A program made the position numbers and the translations under genes. The notes beneath the pieces are model-generated. The model was not told the origin of the DNA, did not search any database, and saw only the letters and a program-made list of their open reading frames with translations. From contig CAVTUQ010000007.1 of the NCBI GenBank assembly GCA_963737905.1, positions 64,001 to 128,000 of the forward strand: a stretch of 64,000 nucleotides of DNA, written 5' to 3'. Source of the stretch: an uncultured delta proteobacterium. Lineage in GTDB: Bacteria > Desulfobacterota > Binatia > UBA9968. The first letter of the stretch is position 1, and each line of letters opens with the position of its first letter. Shown piece by piece: positions 39,485 to 49,113 of this stretch.

Positions 39485-39583
39485 CCGTTCAAGTAGTTTC
39501 AGTCGTTCAAAATGTTCAAAACGTCGGAACTATGACCTTCAACTACGGCTTGAACTTTTTGAACGGCTTGAACGGTTTGAACC
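39485..39583. repeat. Tandem 9-mer inverted array (GTTCAA)n-(TTGAAC)n
   Basis: Same unit as 25681-25771, again between convergent genes. Confidence 0.82.
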
Positions 39584-39584
39584 C

Positions 39585-41006
39585 TTAGTCTTCGATCCCA
39601 TACTCCTTCCATCTGCTCGCAACAAGATCCAAATGCTCCTGCGGCGGCAACGACACCGCCGGATATTGGTGTTTTCTGGTAGCGTCGATGCCGATGCGGC
39701 AGCCAACGTTCCGGCTCGGATCATGCTGCAGCACACCGGCAGGCGCCTGGGACGGATCAAGGCCCACGGCCTGAACATCGCGTTCAATATAGATGTCTTT
39801 GTCGGGTCGTACGCGCCAGCTAAGCGCCCAATCCACCGCAAAGTCATCCCAGACATCGATATCGTCATCGACCACGACAGTGATCTTGCCAAAACCCGTG
39901 CGCAGCGACCAGGCGCCGTACATGAGCTGGCGTACCTGGCCAACGAACTGTTTTTTTAGGGAGATCACTAGAAACGCGCCACTGCCGCCGGCTTCCTTCA
40001 GGCGCAGATCTTTGATCGGAATATGCAGTGTGTCTCTTAAATGTTTGAACAGCGGCCACTCACGGCCGATGCCGCGAATACAGCTCGATTCCGACGGCGG
40101 CATCTGGCTGATGAACGCTTGATACAGGGGCTTGTTGCGAAATGTCATGCACTTGATGTTGAAGAACGGCTCATTGCCCGCCGGACCCATATAGCCGGTG
40201 TACTCGCCGAAAGGGCCTTCCGGTTCGACGGCGTTGGGTGGAATTTCCCCTTCGAGAACGATTTCCGCGGTTGCCGGTACTTCCAACGGCACGGTTTCGC
40301 AAGGCACAAGATCGACGGGCTCGCCGCGCAGTGCGCCGGCAACGGCGAATTCGTCCAGCGCCTCCGACATCTTTGATACGGACACGTAGCCGATGGACGG
40401 ATCGGCTCCGATCACCACGGCGAGCGGCGTGGGTTTGTTCTGCGCGTTGTTCTTGCGAATATGCAACGCTGCGTCTTGACGAATACCGATCAACAGCCCG
40501 GTCTTATTCGGGCCCTTGACCTGCATCCGATAAGTACCGACGTTGCGCACGCCGGTTTCAGGATCTTTGGTAATGAGGTAAGGCGAAGTAAAGAACGGCG
40601 CTGGATCTTCGCCCACCGTCCACGTCGGGATCGGCAGTTTGGTGATATCGACGTCTTTGCCGTGCAGAGTGTTTTCCTTGCAAGGCGCTTGTTTAACCAA
40701 CCGCGGTGGAATTGGATTGCTCAACGCATAATCCCACTTGCGGTTGATGCCTTCGACCGTTTCCGTTTGCAGGCCGAGGGCATATATTTCCCGCGAAGCG
40801 CCGAGCACGCCGGCGACCACGGGGATGTTGAACCCTTTGACGTTTTCAAACATCACTGCCGGTCGTTTGGACGGTGGAATCTTTTTGAACACCTGCCGGC
40901 AGACTGCGGCGATTTCCCAGTCCTTGTCAACTTCCTTGGTTACGCGCTTGAGCTTTCCGTGTTTCTCAAGGGTAGCGACGTATTCTCGTAGATCGCGATA
41001 AGCCAT
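39585..41006 (-). CDS. UbiD-family prFMN-dependent decarboxylase
   Basis: YRDLREY, NVGTYRMQ, EIVLEG, EGPFGEYTGY, VVDDDID, IDATRK. Confidence 0.93.
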   Translation of the reverse strand: MAYRDLREYVATLEKHGKLKRVTKEVDKDWEIAAVCRQVFKKIPPSKRPAVMFENVKGFNIPVVAGVLGASREIYALGLQTETVEGINRKWDYALSNPIPPRLVKQAPCKENTLHGKDVDITKLPIPTWTVGEDPAPFFTSPYLITKDPETGVRNVGTYRMQVKGPNKTGLLIGIRQDAALHIRKNNAQNKPTPLAVVIGADPSIGYVSVSKMSEALDEFAVAGALRGEPVDLVPCETVPLEVPATAEIVLEGEIPPNAVEPEGPFGEYTGYMGPAGNEPFFNIKCMTFRNKPLYQAFISQMPPSESSCIRGIGREWPLFKHLRDTLHIPIKDLRLKEAGGSGAFLVISLKKQFVGQVRQLMYGAWSLRTGFGKITVVVDDDIDVWDDFAVDWALSWRVRPDKDIYIERDVQAVGLDPSQAPAGVLQHDPSRNVGCRIGIDATRKHQYPAVSLPPQEHLDLVASRWKEYGIED

Positions 41007-41212
41007 GAATCCTCCTGGAAGGGGGGCGAGAAGTTTTTTCGTATACTAGTCACAAATCGTTTATATATCAACAATCACAATTGAAATTATCTCGGTAGAC
41101 ATGCTCATGCGAGCAATAACGTTATCGGACCGAGAAGCTTGAACGCGACCGTTTGAAAATACCGAGGAAGACTGAACGGGACGATTAAAAGTGAAATGGC
41201 GGCGTGGGAATA

Positions 41213-42136
41213 CTAGGCACGGATTTCAGCACGCATGAAGATGATATAGGAGATACCGAAGCATACTGCCACCAAGCCAAACAGCGTTGTGATGTGTGGC
41301 CAGATCAGGTTGAGGCTCTGGCCAAGCGCCAATGGAGTGGGCAAGATCCCCTCGGCCTGGCTTTGCAGAGCCATGCCGAAGACGCGAGCCGCCGGATTGA
41401 GCAGGATACTGACGCTTTCAGAAAAAAGCGTCGTCGGAGAAATTCGGCTGACGATATTCTCGACATCGGTTCTCCGGGCCAGCTGTTCCGGCGTAGACGG
41501 ATCGGGGACGATTATTCCGCCAATGGCTTGACTTATGATGACGACGAAGAGCGTCATGAAGAGCCATACTGCGATGGAGGCAAGGGCCGCGGTCACGGTC
41601 TTCTGAAAGAGCAATGAAAAGAGCATGGCGAGCGCAAGCCAAAAGCCGACATAGAAGACGCCCACCGCGGTAAAAATAAGCATACGCCAGAGCTCTTCAG
41701 CGTTGGGAGGAAAGCCCAGCAGCGTGATCCCCAAGCCGATCACCAGCAAGAGAATCGAGCCCCACAGAATCCCCACCGTTGCCAAGCCGGCAAAAAATTT
41801 TCCATTGATCAGACTGTCACGGTAGATGGGTTGCGAAAGGACGCGACTCAAAGTTCCGCTCGCATACTCCCCGCTGATGGAATCGAACCCCAGCGTTATA
41901 CCGACCAGGGGGCCGAAGAAGCCTAAAAAAGTCGCCAGCGAAAACACCGTGCCGGTACCCGACGTCAGCAAGAACAGGAAGACATATTGTACCGGGGCGT
42001 TTTCGGTGTCTTGACGGATGGCTTGGCCGGACGCGTAGGTGGCCCACAGCCCGATCAAGACGATGAGGGCAAGCAATATCATGAAACGACGGCTGCTGAA
42101 GTGATCGGCTAATTCCTTCCAGAAAACGACACCCAT
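41213..42136 (-). CDS. ABC-2 type transporter permease
   Basis: LGFDSISGEYASGTLSRVLSQPIYRD; multi-TM. Confidence 0.9.
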   Translation of the reverse strand: MGVVFWKELADHFSSRRFMILLALIVLIGLWATYASGQAIRQDTENAPVQYVFLFLLTSGTGTVFSLATFLGFFGPLVGITLGFDSISGEYASGTLSRVLSQPIYRDSLINGKFFAGLATVGILWGSILLLVIGLGITLLGFPPNAEELWRMLIFTAVGVFYVGFWLALAMLFSLLFQKTVTAALASIAVWLFMTLFVVIISQAIGGIIVPDPSTPEQLARRTDVENIVSRISPTTLFSESVSILLNPAARVFGMALQSQAEGILPTPLALGQSLNLIWPHITTLFGLVAVCFGISYIIFMRAEIRA

Positions 42137-42138
42137 CT

Positions 42139-43071
42139 TTATGCCTCGCGGAAATATTTCAGATAGATTTCTTCTAGGGTCGGGTCTTCAGAACGGAGTT
42201 GCAGGAGCGAAATGTTTTTTCTTGCCAGTAACGATACAATTTCAGGACGAACGTCTCTGGTACAGCGGAGAAACAGGCCATGAGCCCGTTTCTCTATTTC
42301 ATCAATTCCATTAATGGCCCGCAGGTCGGTTTCTAGGCCATTGGCGCCACTCCCAACCTCCAATAGAAAGTTCCACTGCCGTTCCTTGAGAATCGCCCGC
42401 CCCAGGTCGTCCATTTTTCCCTGGACAATAAGTCGTCCTTTGACAATGATACCGATGCGACTGCAAATTGCTTGTACCTGCTCGAGCTGATGCGAAGAAA
42501 GCATCACCGTCAGATTTCGGTCGCGATTCAGCCCCTTGATTAACTCCAGGATTCGGATCGCCCCGTCCGGATCTATGCCGAGCGTCGGCTCATCGAGGAA
42601 GACGGCTCGGGGATTTTTAACCAGGACTTCGGCGATGCCTAAGCGTTGCTTCATGCCACGGGAGAACTCGCGAACGAGCCGGCGGCCGTCATCGCTCAAG
42701 CCCACCTGTTCTAAAACTTCCGTTGTCCTCCGACGAGCCTCGTCTTCCGGAATACGATTCAAACGGGCCATATAGAGGAGGTTCTCGCGAGCGCTCATGT
42801 CTCCATAAAACCCGGGATTTTCCGGTAGGTAGCCGACGCGGCGCTTTACTTCAAGAGATTCCCGCGTGGGATCGAAGCCGCAAACAGAAGCGCGTCCAGA
42901 GGTGGCCTCGGTGAGCCCAAGCAGCATCAGGATCGTAGTTGTCTTCCCGGCGCCATTGGGACCGAGGAAACCGAATATCTCGCCTTCCTGAACCGTGAGA
43001 TTGAGCGCGTTGACGGCGAGCTTGTCGTGGTAGCGCTTCGTAAGGTTCTGGGTTTCAACAACAGCGCTCAT
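42139..43071 (-). CDS. ABC transporter ATP-binding protein
   Basis: GPNGAGKTT, FSRGMKQR, LDEPT; ATGA overlap with the upstream gene. Confidence 0.94.
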   Translation of the reverse strand: MSAVVETQNLTKRYHDKLAVNALNLTVQEGEIFGFLGPNGAGKTTTILMLLGLTEATSGRASVCGFDPTRESLEVKRRVGYLPENPGFYGDMSARENLLYMARLNRIPEDEARRRTTEVLEQVGLSDDGRRLVREFSRGMKQRLGIAEVLVKNPRAVFLDEPTLGIDPDGAIRILELIKGLNRDRNLTVMLSSHQLEQVQAICSRIGIIVKGRLIVQGKMDDLGRAILKERQWNFLLEVGSGANGLETDLRAINGIDEIEKRAHGLFLRCTRDVRPEIVSLLARKNISLLQLRSEDPTLEEIYLKYFREA

Positions 43072-44324
43072 CGGCGTCCTAGACGGAAAAATACCAAGGC
43101 CAGTCCCAAAACTACCAAGGCAACGATGCCGAAGCCGACCCAGCCCCATAGGGTCGGTGTGGAAACCGTGACCCTGAACTCCACAGATTTGTTGACTTCC
43201 GGGGCGTTGGCGGTGAGGGTCAAAAGATAATCCCCGGCGATGGTTCGATCCGGCGCGAGAATTTCCATCTTGATCTCCTTCACCTCGCCGGAGTTGAGTG
43301 CATCGATCTTGTCGGGCCTGAACTCGACCGTCCACTTATCATTAGGCTTTTTGCTGAGAAAGGATAGGTTGCGGATAGGTGCGGTGCCGGCGTTGCCGAC
43401 GAGAAAATCTACAGGCGTCTTCTTGCCGGCGGTCAGGGACGTATTAAGAGTGCCGGCAGCCGAGCCCATCTTGAGGTCCTGGGTGCCTTTGAGACTGACC
43501 TTCAAAGTGGTAGTCGCTTCAAAGGCTCCGGCGCGGGCGCGGATCGTCACCGGACTCTCCGCCGCTTCGGCTCGGGCGGGAGTGTCGATTTCGACGCTCA
43601 AGGTCTCGGTGGCGTTTTCCTTGAGCTGGATAGAGGAGATTTGGGTGTCACCGAACTGCGGCTTGAACCGCACCGTCCAGCCCGGCGGCGGCTGCGCAAC
43701 CAAGGAAACGGTCAGAGGCTTAGGGGTCTCGTTCTTGAGATCCACCGTGAACTTCAGTGTTTGACCCGACGCCGTGCTGAGCACGGGATACTGGCTTGTA
43801 AGCTTCAAACCGCCGGTCTCGACTTTTTTCGATGTTACACGAAAATTGACAGTCTCAGCATATTGCGTGGCCCCCCCCGTGTCCTTGGCAGTGACTTTGA
43901 CCTGGTAATTTCCGGGCTTGGTGGCTTCGGGAACTTTAGCTTTGAACTCGATCGTCGTAGATTTCGTTGCGGATTGGTCGCTCCCGGCCCCCGCCACCGT
44001 AACCGACCGAACCGGGTAGCTTGGATAACGCGAGTTGAAATTAACGTCCCACCCCTTGGGCACACCATCGATCGACAGACTTACTTCAACTGGATCCTTC
44101 GTCCGGTTCACGACCTCTGCGTCCATCGTGACTTCTTGACCTTGGCCGACGGTCAGATCCTTGAACGGCAGAATCAAATTGAACGTTTCTTTCGATTGAG
44201 CGATGCTCTGTTCGGTTTTTTCAGCGGCCAAGGCCAGGGAACCGCTAGCGACCGATGAGATAAGACAACAGGCTAAAACATAGCATGACGTTTGCGGGCG
44301 AAGTCGTTCAACCCCAATCCTCAT
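43068..44324 (-). CDS. NEW3 (NPCBM-associated) repeat membrane-anchored protein
   Basis: Three Ig-like repeats (PKGW, PPGW, PNDKW; IAGDY) and a C-terminal TM followed by GRR. Confidence 0.82.
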   Translation of the reverse strand: MRIGVERLRPQTSCYVLACCLISSVASGSLALAAEKTEQSIAQSKETFNLILPFKDLTVGQGQEVTMDAEVVNRTKDPVEVSLSIDGVPKGWDVNFNSRYPSYPVRSVTVAGAGSDQSATKSTTIEFKAKVPEATKPGNYQVKVTAKDTGGATQYAETVNFRVTSKKVETGGLKLTSQYPVLSTASGQTLKFTVDLKNETPKPLTVSLVAQPPPGWTVRFKPQFGDTQISSIQLKENATETLSVEIDTPARAEAAESPVTIRARAGAFEATTTLKVSLKGTQDLKMGSAAGTLNTSLTAGKKTPVDFLVGNAGTAPIRNLSFLSKKPNDKWTVEFRPDKIDALNSGEVKEIKMEILAPDRTIAGDYLLTLTANAPEVNKSVEFRVTVSTPTLWGWVGFGIVALVVLGLALVFFRLGRR

Positions 44325-44394
44325 AGGAACTCCCTCCAGGGTGAATTTGTAGCAGATAAATAACCATAATAAATCCTACGGTCAAGGCCTATCA

Positions 44395-44416
44395 GATTAG
44401 ACTTTGATTAGATTTG
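44395..44416 (-). promoter_or_regulatory. 11-bp direct repeat, OmpR-family-like box
   Basis: GATTAGACTTT-GATTAGATTTG upstream of a minus-strand TTGACC hexamer. Confidence 0.5.
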
Positions 44417-44645
44417 AACGGAGGCCCAAATTTGGACCCGCAATCGAAGGGTTGGTTTCTACCCTCGAGTTGTTGTACTGAGTCGAAGCAAGGCAGCGAG
44501 CACCATTTCACAGGATAGTCATTCTTGCCTCTGGTTTTCAGATAGCGCAGGACCGCTTTCGCGTCAAGAGCTGGAGTGAGCTGCTTTCGGAAAAGTCCAA
44601 GCTAAAGCTCGAATAGCTAAATTATGAAAGGACAATACCGCACCG

Positions 44646-45687
44646 ATGAACGAAAGAGACTTCCCTGGCAAGGCTAAGGTTACCTTCGGTATTAGAGTAC
44701 CCAACTCCGGCCCCCTGGCATCGCCGGAGTCGATTGTGCAAGTTGCGCGGGAAGCCGAGTCGCTCGGCTACGATTCTATCTGGGTCCACGACCACCTAAC
44801 GTGGACGGAAGAGATTCACCGCACTCACATCTCTTCAGGATCCGAAGATTCGAAGTCCGACAACAGTCCGGATTTTTACGAAGCGATAACGACCCTTGCG
44901 TATCTTGCCGGACTCGTGCGGTCGGTTCGCCTCGGGATCGCCTGCCTGGTGGTTCCGTGCAGAAATCCGCTGCTCGCCGCCAAGCAAATCGGCATCCCTT
45001 GATCTGTTCTGTGACGGCCGGCTGGATATAGGTCTGGGCATCGGCTCGCCGTCAACGCTTAAATCGAGAGAGTACGAAGTGCTCGGGGTCAACAGAAAAC
45101 TCAGAGGGAAAATCGCCGATGATTACATCCGGGCGATGAAAACTATTTGGACGAGCCAGCCATCGACCTATGAAGGCAAGTTTGTCACGTTCAAGAACGC
45201 TGAGATCTGTCCCAAGCCGCGTCAGAAACCACATCCGCCCCTCTGGGTAGGAGGGTGGACCGAGGCGGCGATGAAACGAGCTGCGACTCTTGGCGACGGC
45301 TGGTTGCCCGCCTGGCTTTTGCCTGAGGATATCGAGAAAAGATTCCGGGAGCTCAAAGAGATGGCCGCAAACCTGGGCAGGAACCCGGAGGGTATCCATC
45401 TCGGCATCGAAGTGTATGGATGTGTGGATGAGGACTCAAAAAAGGCGCGGGAAGGTGGTCTCGGCACCCTCGCCATCGGACGCAGCACCTTTGAAAGACT
45501 TATGACAGTGGATCAGCTGGCGGACGTGAGCCTCATCGGATCCCCGGAAGAAATCCGCAGGACGATTCGTGCTTACGCCGATGCTGGCGTCTCGCACTTT
45601 GAAATCAAGTTCATTTACTCCACGCTCGAACGACATTCGGAAATGCTGCACCTTTTTGCGAAAGAAGTCTTGCCGGCGTTCCGCTGA
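44646..45687 (+). CDS. LLM-class oxidoreductase, split by one extra G at about 44991
   Basis: AESLGYDSIWVHDH...RNPLLAAKQI / ASLDLFCDGRL...PKPRQKPHPPLWVGG. Confidence 0.87.
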
Positions 45688-45739
45688 CCCAACAATGAAG
45701 CTCCGTTGGATTTCCCGTGAAAACCAATTCGGGCCTCGA

Positions 45740-46450
45740 TCAATTGCCGTCGCTCAAAAGGCGGCCGTACCCCGGCATGGGTTGTTTCATTCCCAGGGTC
45801 CGCAGCGCTTCCCAGACCCACGCCTGCGTGTTGGTTACCACCGGCTTGCCAGTTTGTTTTTCGATGCGGTCGATGACGGAAACGGTGCGCCACTTATTGC
45901 AAGGCATGTAGACGCCGTCGACGTCGGGGTGCTCGCGCAAGAGAGCCGTTGCCAAGTCATAGCCGGTTTCCGGAGGAAGCGCCCAGATCACATCGGAATT
46001 CGGACAGCCCAGGCCGCGAAAGCCCACGACATCGATGCCGTCGTGAGCCAGAAAGCGAACCAGACGTTCGTCCTGGTCTTCGGGAAACGGACTCGCCATC
46101 ACCACCCGCTTGAACCTAAGCGCTTGACATCCTCGGACGACCGCGGTGAGCACTGTCGAAGCGGGCGTCGGCGTGATCTCTTTGACCAGGTTGAGAATCG
46201 GTCGATCCGAGCCGGGACCCTTATAAGAAAGAAACAGCTCACCCGTCACCATGAGAAAATCCAACGGAAGGCGAGCCAGATCGCGGACGAGATCCGCGAA
46301 CGCTTGCTCGGCTCTATTGAACTCGTCGTCGGTGTATTTGCCCACATTGAGTGCCCGTCCCTCGATGCGAATTCCCTCCGGTAGAATCCTGTACACATCC
46401 ACCAAAGTGTCCTCGCTGAGATTGGGCGAGATGAGTCCGATCAGTTTCAT
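45740..46450 (-). CDS. Asp/Glu racemase / maleate isomerase superfamily protein
   Basis: IGLISP, VVMASPF, DGVYMPCNKW, IEKQTGKPVVTNTQAWVW. Confidence 0.8.
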   Translation of the reverse strand: MKLIGLISPNLSEDTLVDVYRILPEGIRIEGRALNVGKYTDDEFNRAEQAFADLVRDLARLPLDFLMVTGELFLSYKGPGSDRPILNLVKEITPTPASTVLTAVVRGCQALRFKRVVMASPFPEDQDERLVRFLAHDGIDVVGFRGLGCPNSDVIWALPPETGYDLATALLREHPDVDGVYMPCNKWRTVSVIDRIEKQTGKPVVTNTQAWVWEALRTLGMKQPMPGYGRLLSDGN

Positions 46451-46467
46451 TGCAGACCTCCAAGATG

Positions 46468-46818
46468 TTAGCGTTTGGGGGATGCTTCGACGATCTTTAG
46501 TGCTTCTTGCGCCGCTTTGGCGACCTCCGGATTCCGGTCGTTGGTGAATTGTCTGAGTTGAGGGATAAGTGCCGGATCTCCGATCGATCCCAGAACCGTC
46601 AGTACGATTGGAAGGTTCTCTCGCCTATTCAAAGACTCTTGTAACAAAGGCTCAGCCCGTGTCCCGCTCTTTGCGAGTAATATACCGGCAATACTCCGAA
46701 TGTTCTCATCTGGCGATCCTAGGGCCCTAACCAAAGCGCGGCCAGCTGAAGTCATACCCAGCCAATACCAAAGTGCGCGGTAAACGAACAGGCGTAGCGC
46801 ACCTAAGAACAACCGCAT
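46468..46818 (-). CDS. HEAT-repeat protein
   Basis: LVRALGSPDENIRSIAGILL...LGSIGDP...PEVAKAAQEAL. Confidence 0.7.
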   Translation of the reverse strand: MRLFLGALRLFVYRALWYWLGMTSAGRALVRALGSPDENIRSIAGILLAKSGTRAEPLLQESLNRRENLPIVLTVLGSIGDPALIPQLRQFTNDRNPEVAKAAQEALKIVEASPKR

Positions 46819-46839
46819 TGATCGCGATCCTAGCACGGG

Positions 46840-47937
46840 CTATGGCGGGATCACAGAAGGGAGATTGTATCTTTGCCAAACAACAGGGTCATGCGTTGCA
46901 GAATGATCAAACCAGATCGGCAGAATCTTTTCTCTAATTCTTGGATCGCTAAATTTCTGACCGCCGCCATCTGCCAGGATCACGAGGTCGAGTTTGACTC
47001 TTATGGACACGACGGGGCCTGTCCTTGAGAAGTCGGGCATATAGATAGGGTGCACGGGGCAGCTCAGCAAGACCAACGGTCCGGTATCGAGACCATTCTG
47101 AGTGGCAAGCATGGCGACACTACCGCCATGGCTATGGGTTAACAAGTACGGATTTTGAATGGCGTGCGCCGCCAACCACGCCTGAAGCTCGATAGCCGCG
47201 ATCGCTCGCGCGGCTTCGCTATACGCGCCCGACCAGGAAAACGCATCTGCATTCGCATACAGGTCAGGACGAATCCCGTTCAGCAGGTAGGAATGAAAAT
47301 CTCCGCCGGGCTTCCACCATTGCTCGTTTGCCGCCCACGTCCCATGAACGAGCAGTGACGTGTGGGCCGAAGAACCTCGCCTCCGACGCGGCGGTGCTTT
47401 TCTGAGCTCCAGAAGACGCGGACTTTCCGGTGCCAGCCGGGCCAAACCGGTCGCCGCAACAGCTCGGACAAGTTCATCTTCGCTACGAGTGCAGTCTTCC
47501 AAGATCCCGATCAGACGGCTCGGTTCTGACGTGAGTCCAAAATAAGAAATGGCCGCAGCCGATCTGACAAGCGGGTGTGGATGCCGAAGGCATGCCTCCA
47601 TCAAGCTAGCGGCCGCCACTAGATCGGGCTTTGTCCCGAAGGCGCTGGCGAGGCGCCGAAACCTTGTTGCCGGAAGCGACTGCCTTTCAGAACCTAGTGG
47701 TCCTAGCCGAAGTTGAGATTCCACCTCCTCGAGTTTGACTCGTCGACCGGCTGCGGAAACAGAGGGCACTCTAAGGGTCCTTCTTGCACTTTGGTATTGA
47801 GACAACATGGCCCGGTTTCGACGCAGTCCTGGCTCCATCAGCAATAAAATAGCCGCCTGCGATAATATTGCCGCGTCGCTGGTCGCTCCAAAGGCTCTCG
47901 GAAATGCAATTGGTTTTGTGACGGCTCTGTACGGCAT
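46840..47937 (-). CDS. HEAT-repeat plus alpha/beta-hydrolase protein
   Basis: HPLVRSAAA and ELVRAVAA repeats; LLVHGTW and THSHGG nucleophile elbow. Confidence 0.72.
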   Translation of the reverse strand: MPYRAVTKPIAFPRAFGATSDAAILSQAAILLLMEPGLRRNRAMLSQYQSARRTLRVPSVSAAGRRVKLEEVESQLRLGPLGSERQSLPATRFRRLASAFGTKPDLVAAASLMEACLRHPHPLVRSAAAISYFGLTSEPSRLIGILEDCTRSEDELVRAVAATGLARLAPESPRLLELRKAPPRRRRGSSAHTSLLVHGTWAANEQWWKPGGDFHSYLLNGIRPDLYANADAFSWSGAYSEAARAIAAIELQAWLAAHAIQNPYLLTHSHGGSVAMLATQNGLDTGPLVLLSCPVHPIYMPDFSRTGPVVSIRVKLDLVILADGGGQKFSDPRIREKILPIWFDHSATHDPVVWQRYNLPSVIPP

Positions 47938-47974
47938 CGTCGCTCCTTTCAAACTCTCAGCATTCGTTGGGCGG

Positions 47975-48664
47975 TCACAGAATGTTGATGGCGCGCGCGG
48001 CTAGGAGCGCAATGATCAACAACGAGAGCAGCGATTGCAGCATCATCAGGATCTTAGCCCATCTCGCAAGCGCCGGTACGTCGGTCGGCGAAAAGGCGGT
48101 GCTGGTGTTGAAGGCCAGAAACAAATAATCAATGAAATTCGGTGACCAGTTCTGCTGGCCTGCTTCTCTCAACGCTTCTTTGCTCATCGTCATCTGCGGA
48201 AAAAGGAACGCCCCGTCGGAGTGTCCCGGAACTTTATCCCGTTGATACGGTCCTCCGGCGTCCAATCGCCAATACCATAGAGCAAAAACTAAGATATTTG
48301 TGATCCAAAGCGATGCTGCTGAGAGCAAAAGTTGTTGTGGCGTCTCTTTCTTAGTGGGCAGTGCGGCAATCAGGAGGATCACAGAGATGATCAGTCCAAC
48401 GGTGAGTACCCCATCCACTGTAAAGCCAAATACGGCATTCAGACGATGCCTGCCGGTATGATAGGAGACGACGCTCGGAATCAGCAAAGCCAGAACGACG
48501 GAAAGGAAGAGCCAGCGCGGTCCGAAAGTAAGCGCCTCTGGTAACGCTGTATAGAGCCCGCCGACTGCCAGAACCGCAACAACAGCGGGCCAGCGCGGTT
48601 CCCGATCAGGCTCTTCAGCGGGATCTTCCGCACGCCTCGGCGTCTTCAGGCTCTCCATCACCAT
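47975..48664 (-). CDS. DUF1345-like membrane protein
   Basis: FLFPQM, WSPNFIDYLFLAFNTSTAFSPTDV, ARAINIL. Confidence 0.8.
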   Translation of the reverse strand: MVMESLKTPRRAEDPAEEPDREPRWPAVVAVLAVGGLYTALPEALTFGPRWLFLSVVLALLIPSVVSYHTGRHRLNAVFGFTVDGVLTVGLIISVILLIAALPTKKETPQQLLLSAASLWITNILVFALWYWRLDAGGPYQRDKVPGHSDGAFLFPQMTMSKEALREAGQQNWSPNFIDYLFLAFNTSTAFSPTDVPALARWAKILMMLQSLLSLLIIALLAARAINIL

Positions 48665-48865
48665 GATTGCAATAATGCCTTAGATCGGATCGCTTGGCTA
48701 GTCGTGCAAATAGAGTGGGTGGCTCCCTGTGTACCGTTAGTTAAAGACTACCACGATGCTATTCCCGATCGAGCTCGATCCGCTCAGTGTTGCCGGTCCC
48801 GGTCTAGAGCCGCTGAAGCGGCCTTAGAGTGGAAAATGAACAGCATTGGTTCTAAAGATAAGTAT

Positions 48866-49050
48866 TAGACAATTGCGGTTCCTAAGAAACCGAGGGTCAA
48901 GCTCGTCCAAGCGCGGGCAATGGGTCTGTGCCTTGTCGGCCACCACCCGATCCATCCCAGAGGTGGTTATTCCAACGGCTCGGGCCTGAACGCTTGCTTT
49001 AGGTTCGGTGCCCGCGCTTCCACGACTCGTCCCTTCGTTTCTTATGTCTA
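48866..49050 (+). mobile_element. Non-coding hairpin element, family copy C (variant termini)
   Basis: TAGACA...TGTCTA ends; arms TAAGAAAC/GTTTCTTA and AAGCGCGGGCA/TGCCCGCGCTT; 5' arm closely matches copy A. Confidence 0.65.
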
Positions 49051-49113
49051 TTAACCAATGAACTCCTTGGTAAGTGCACGAGCCCCTTTGTGGCTCGCGC
49101 AAAGAGATTGCGT

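Noticed and set aside
44585-44606. GAAAAGTCCAAGCTAA resembling the element's right end
   Set aside because: No matching left end or conserved core nearby.
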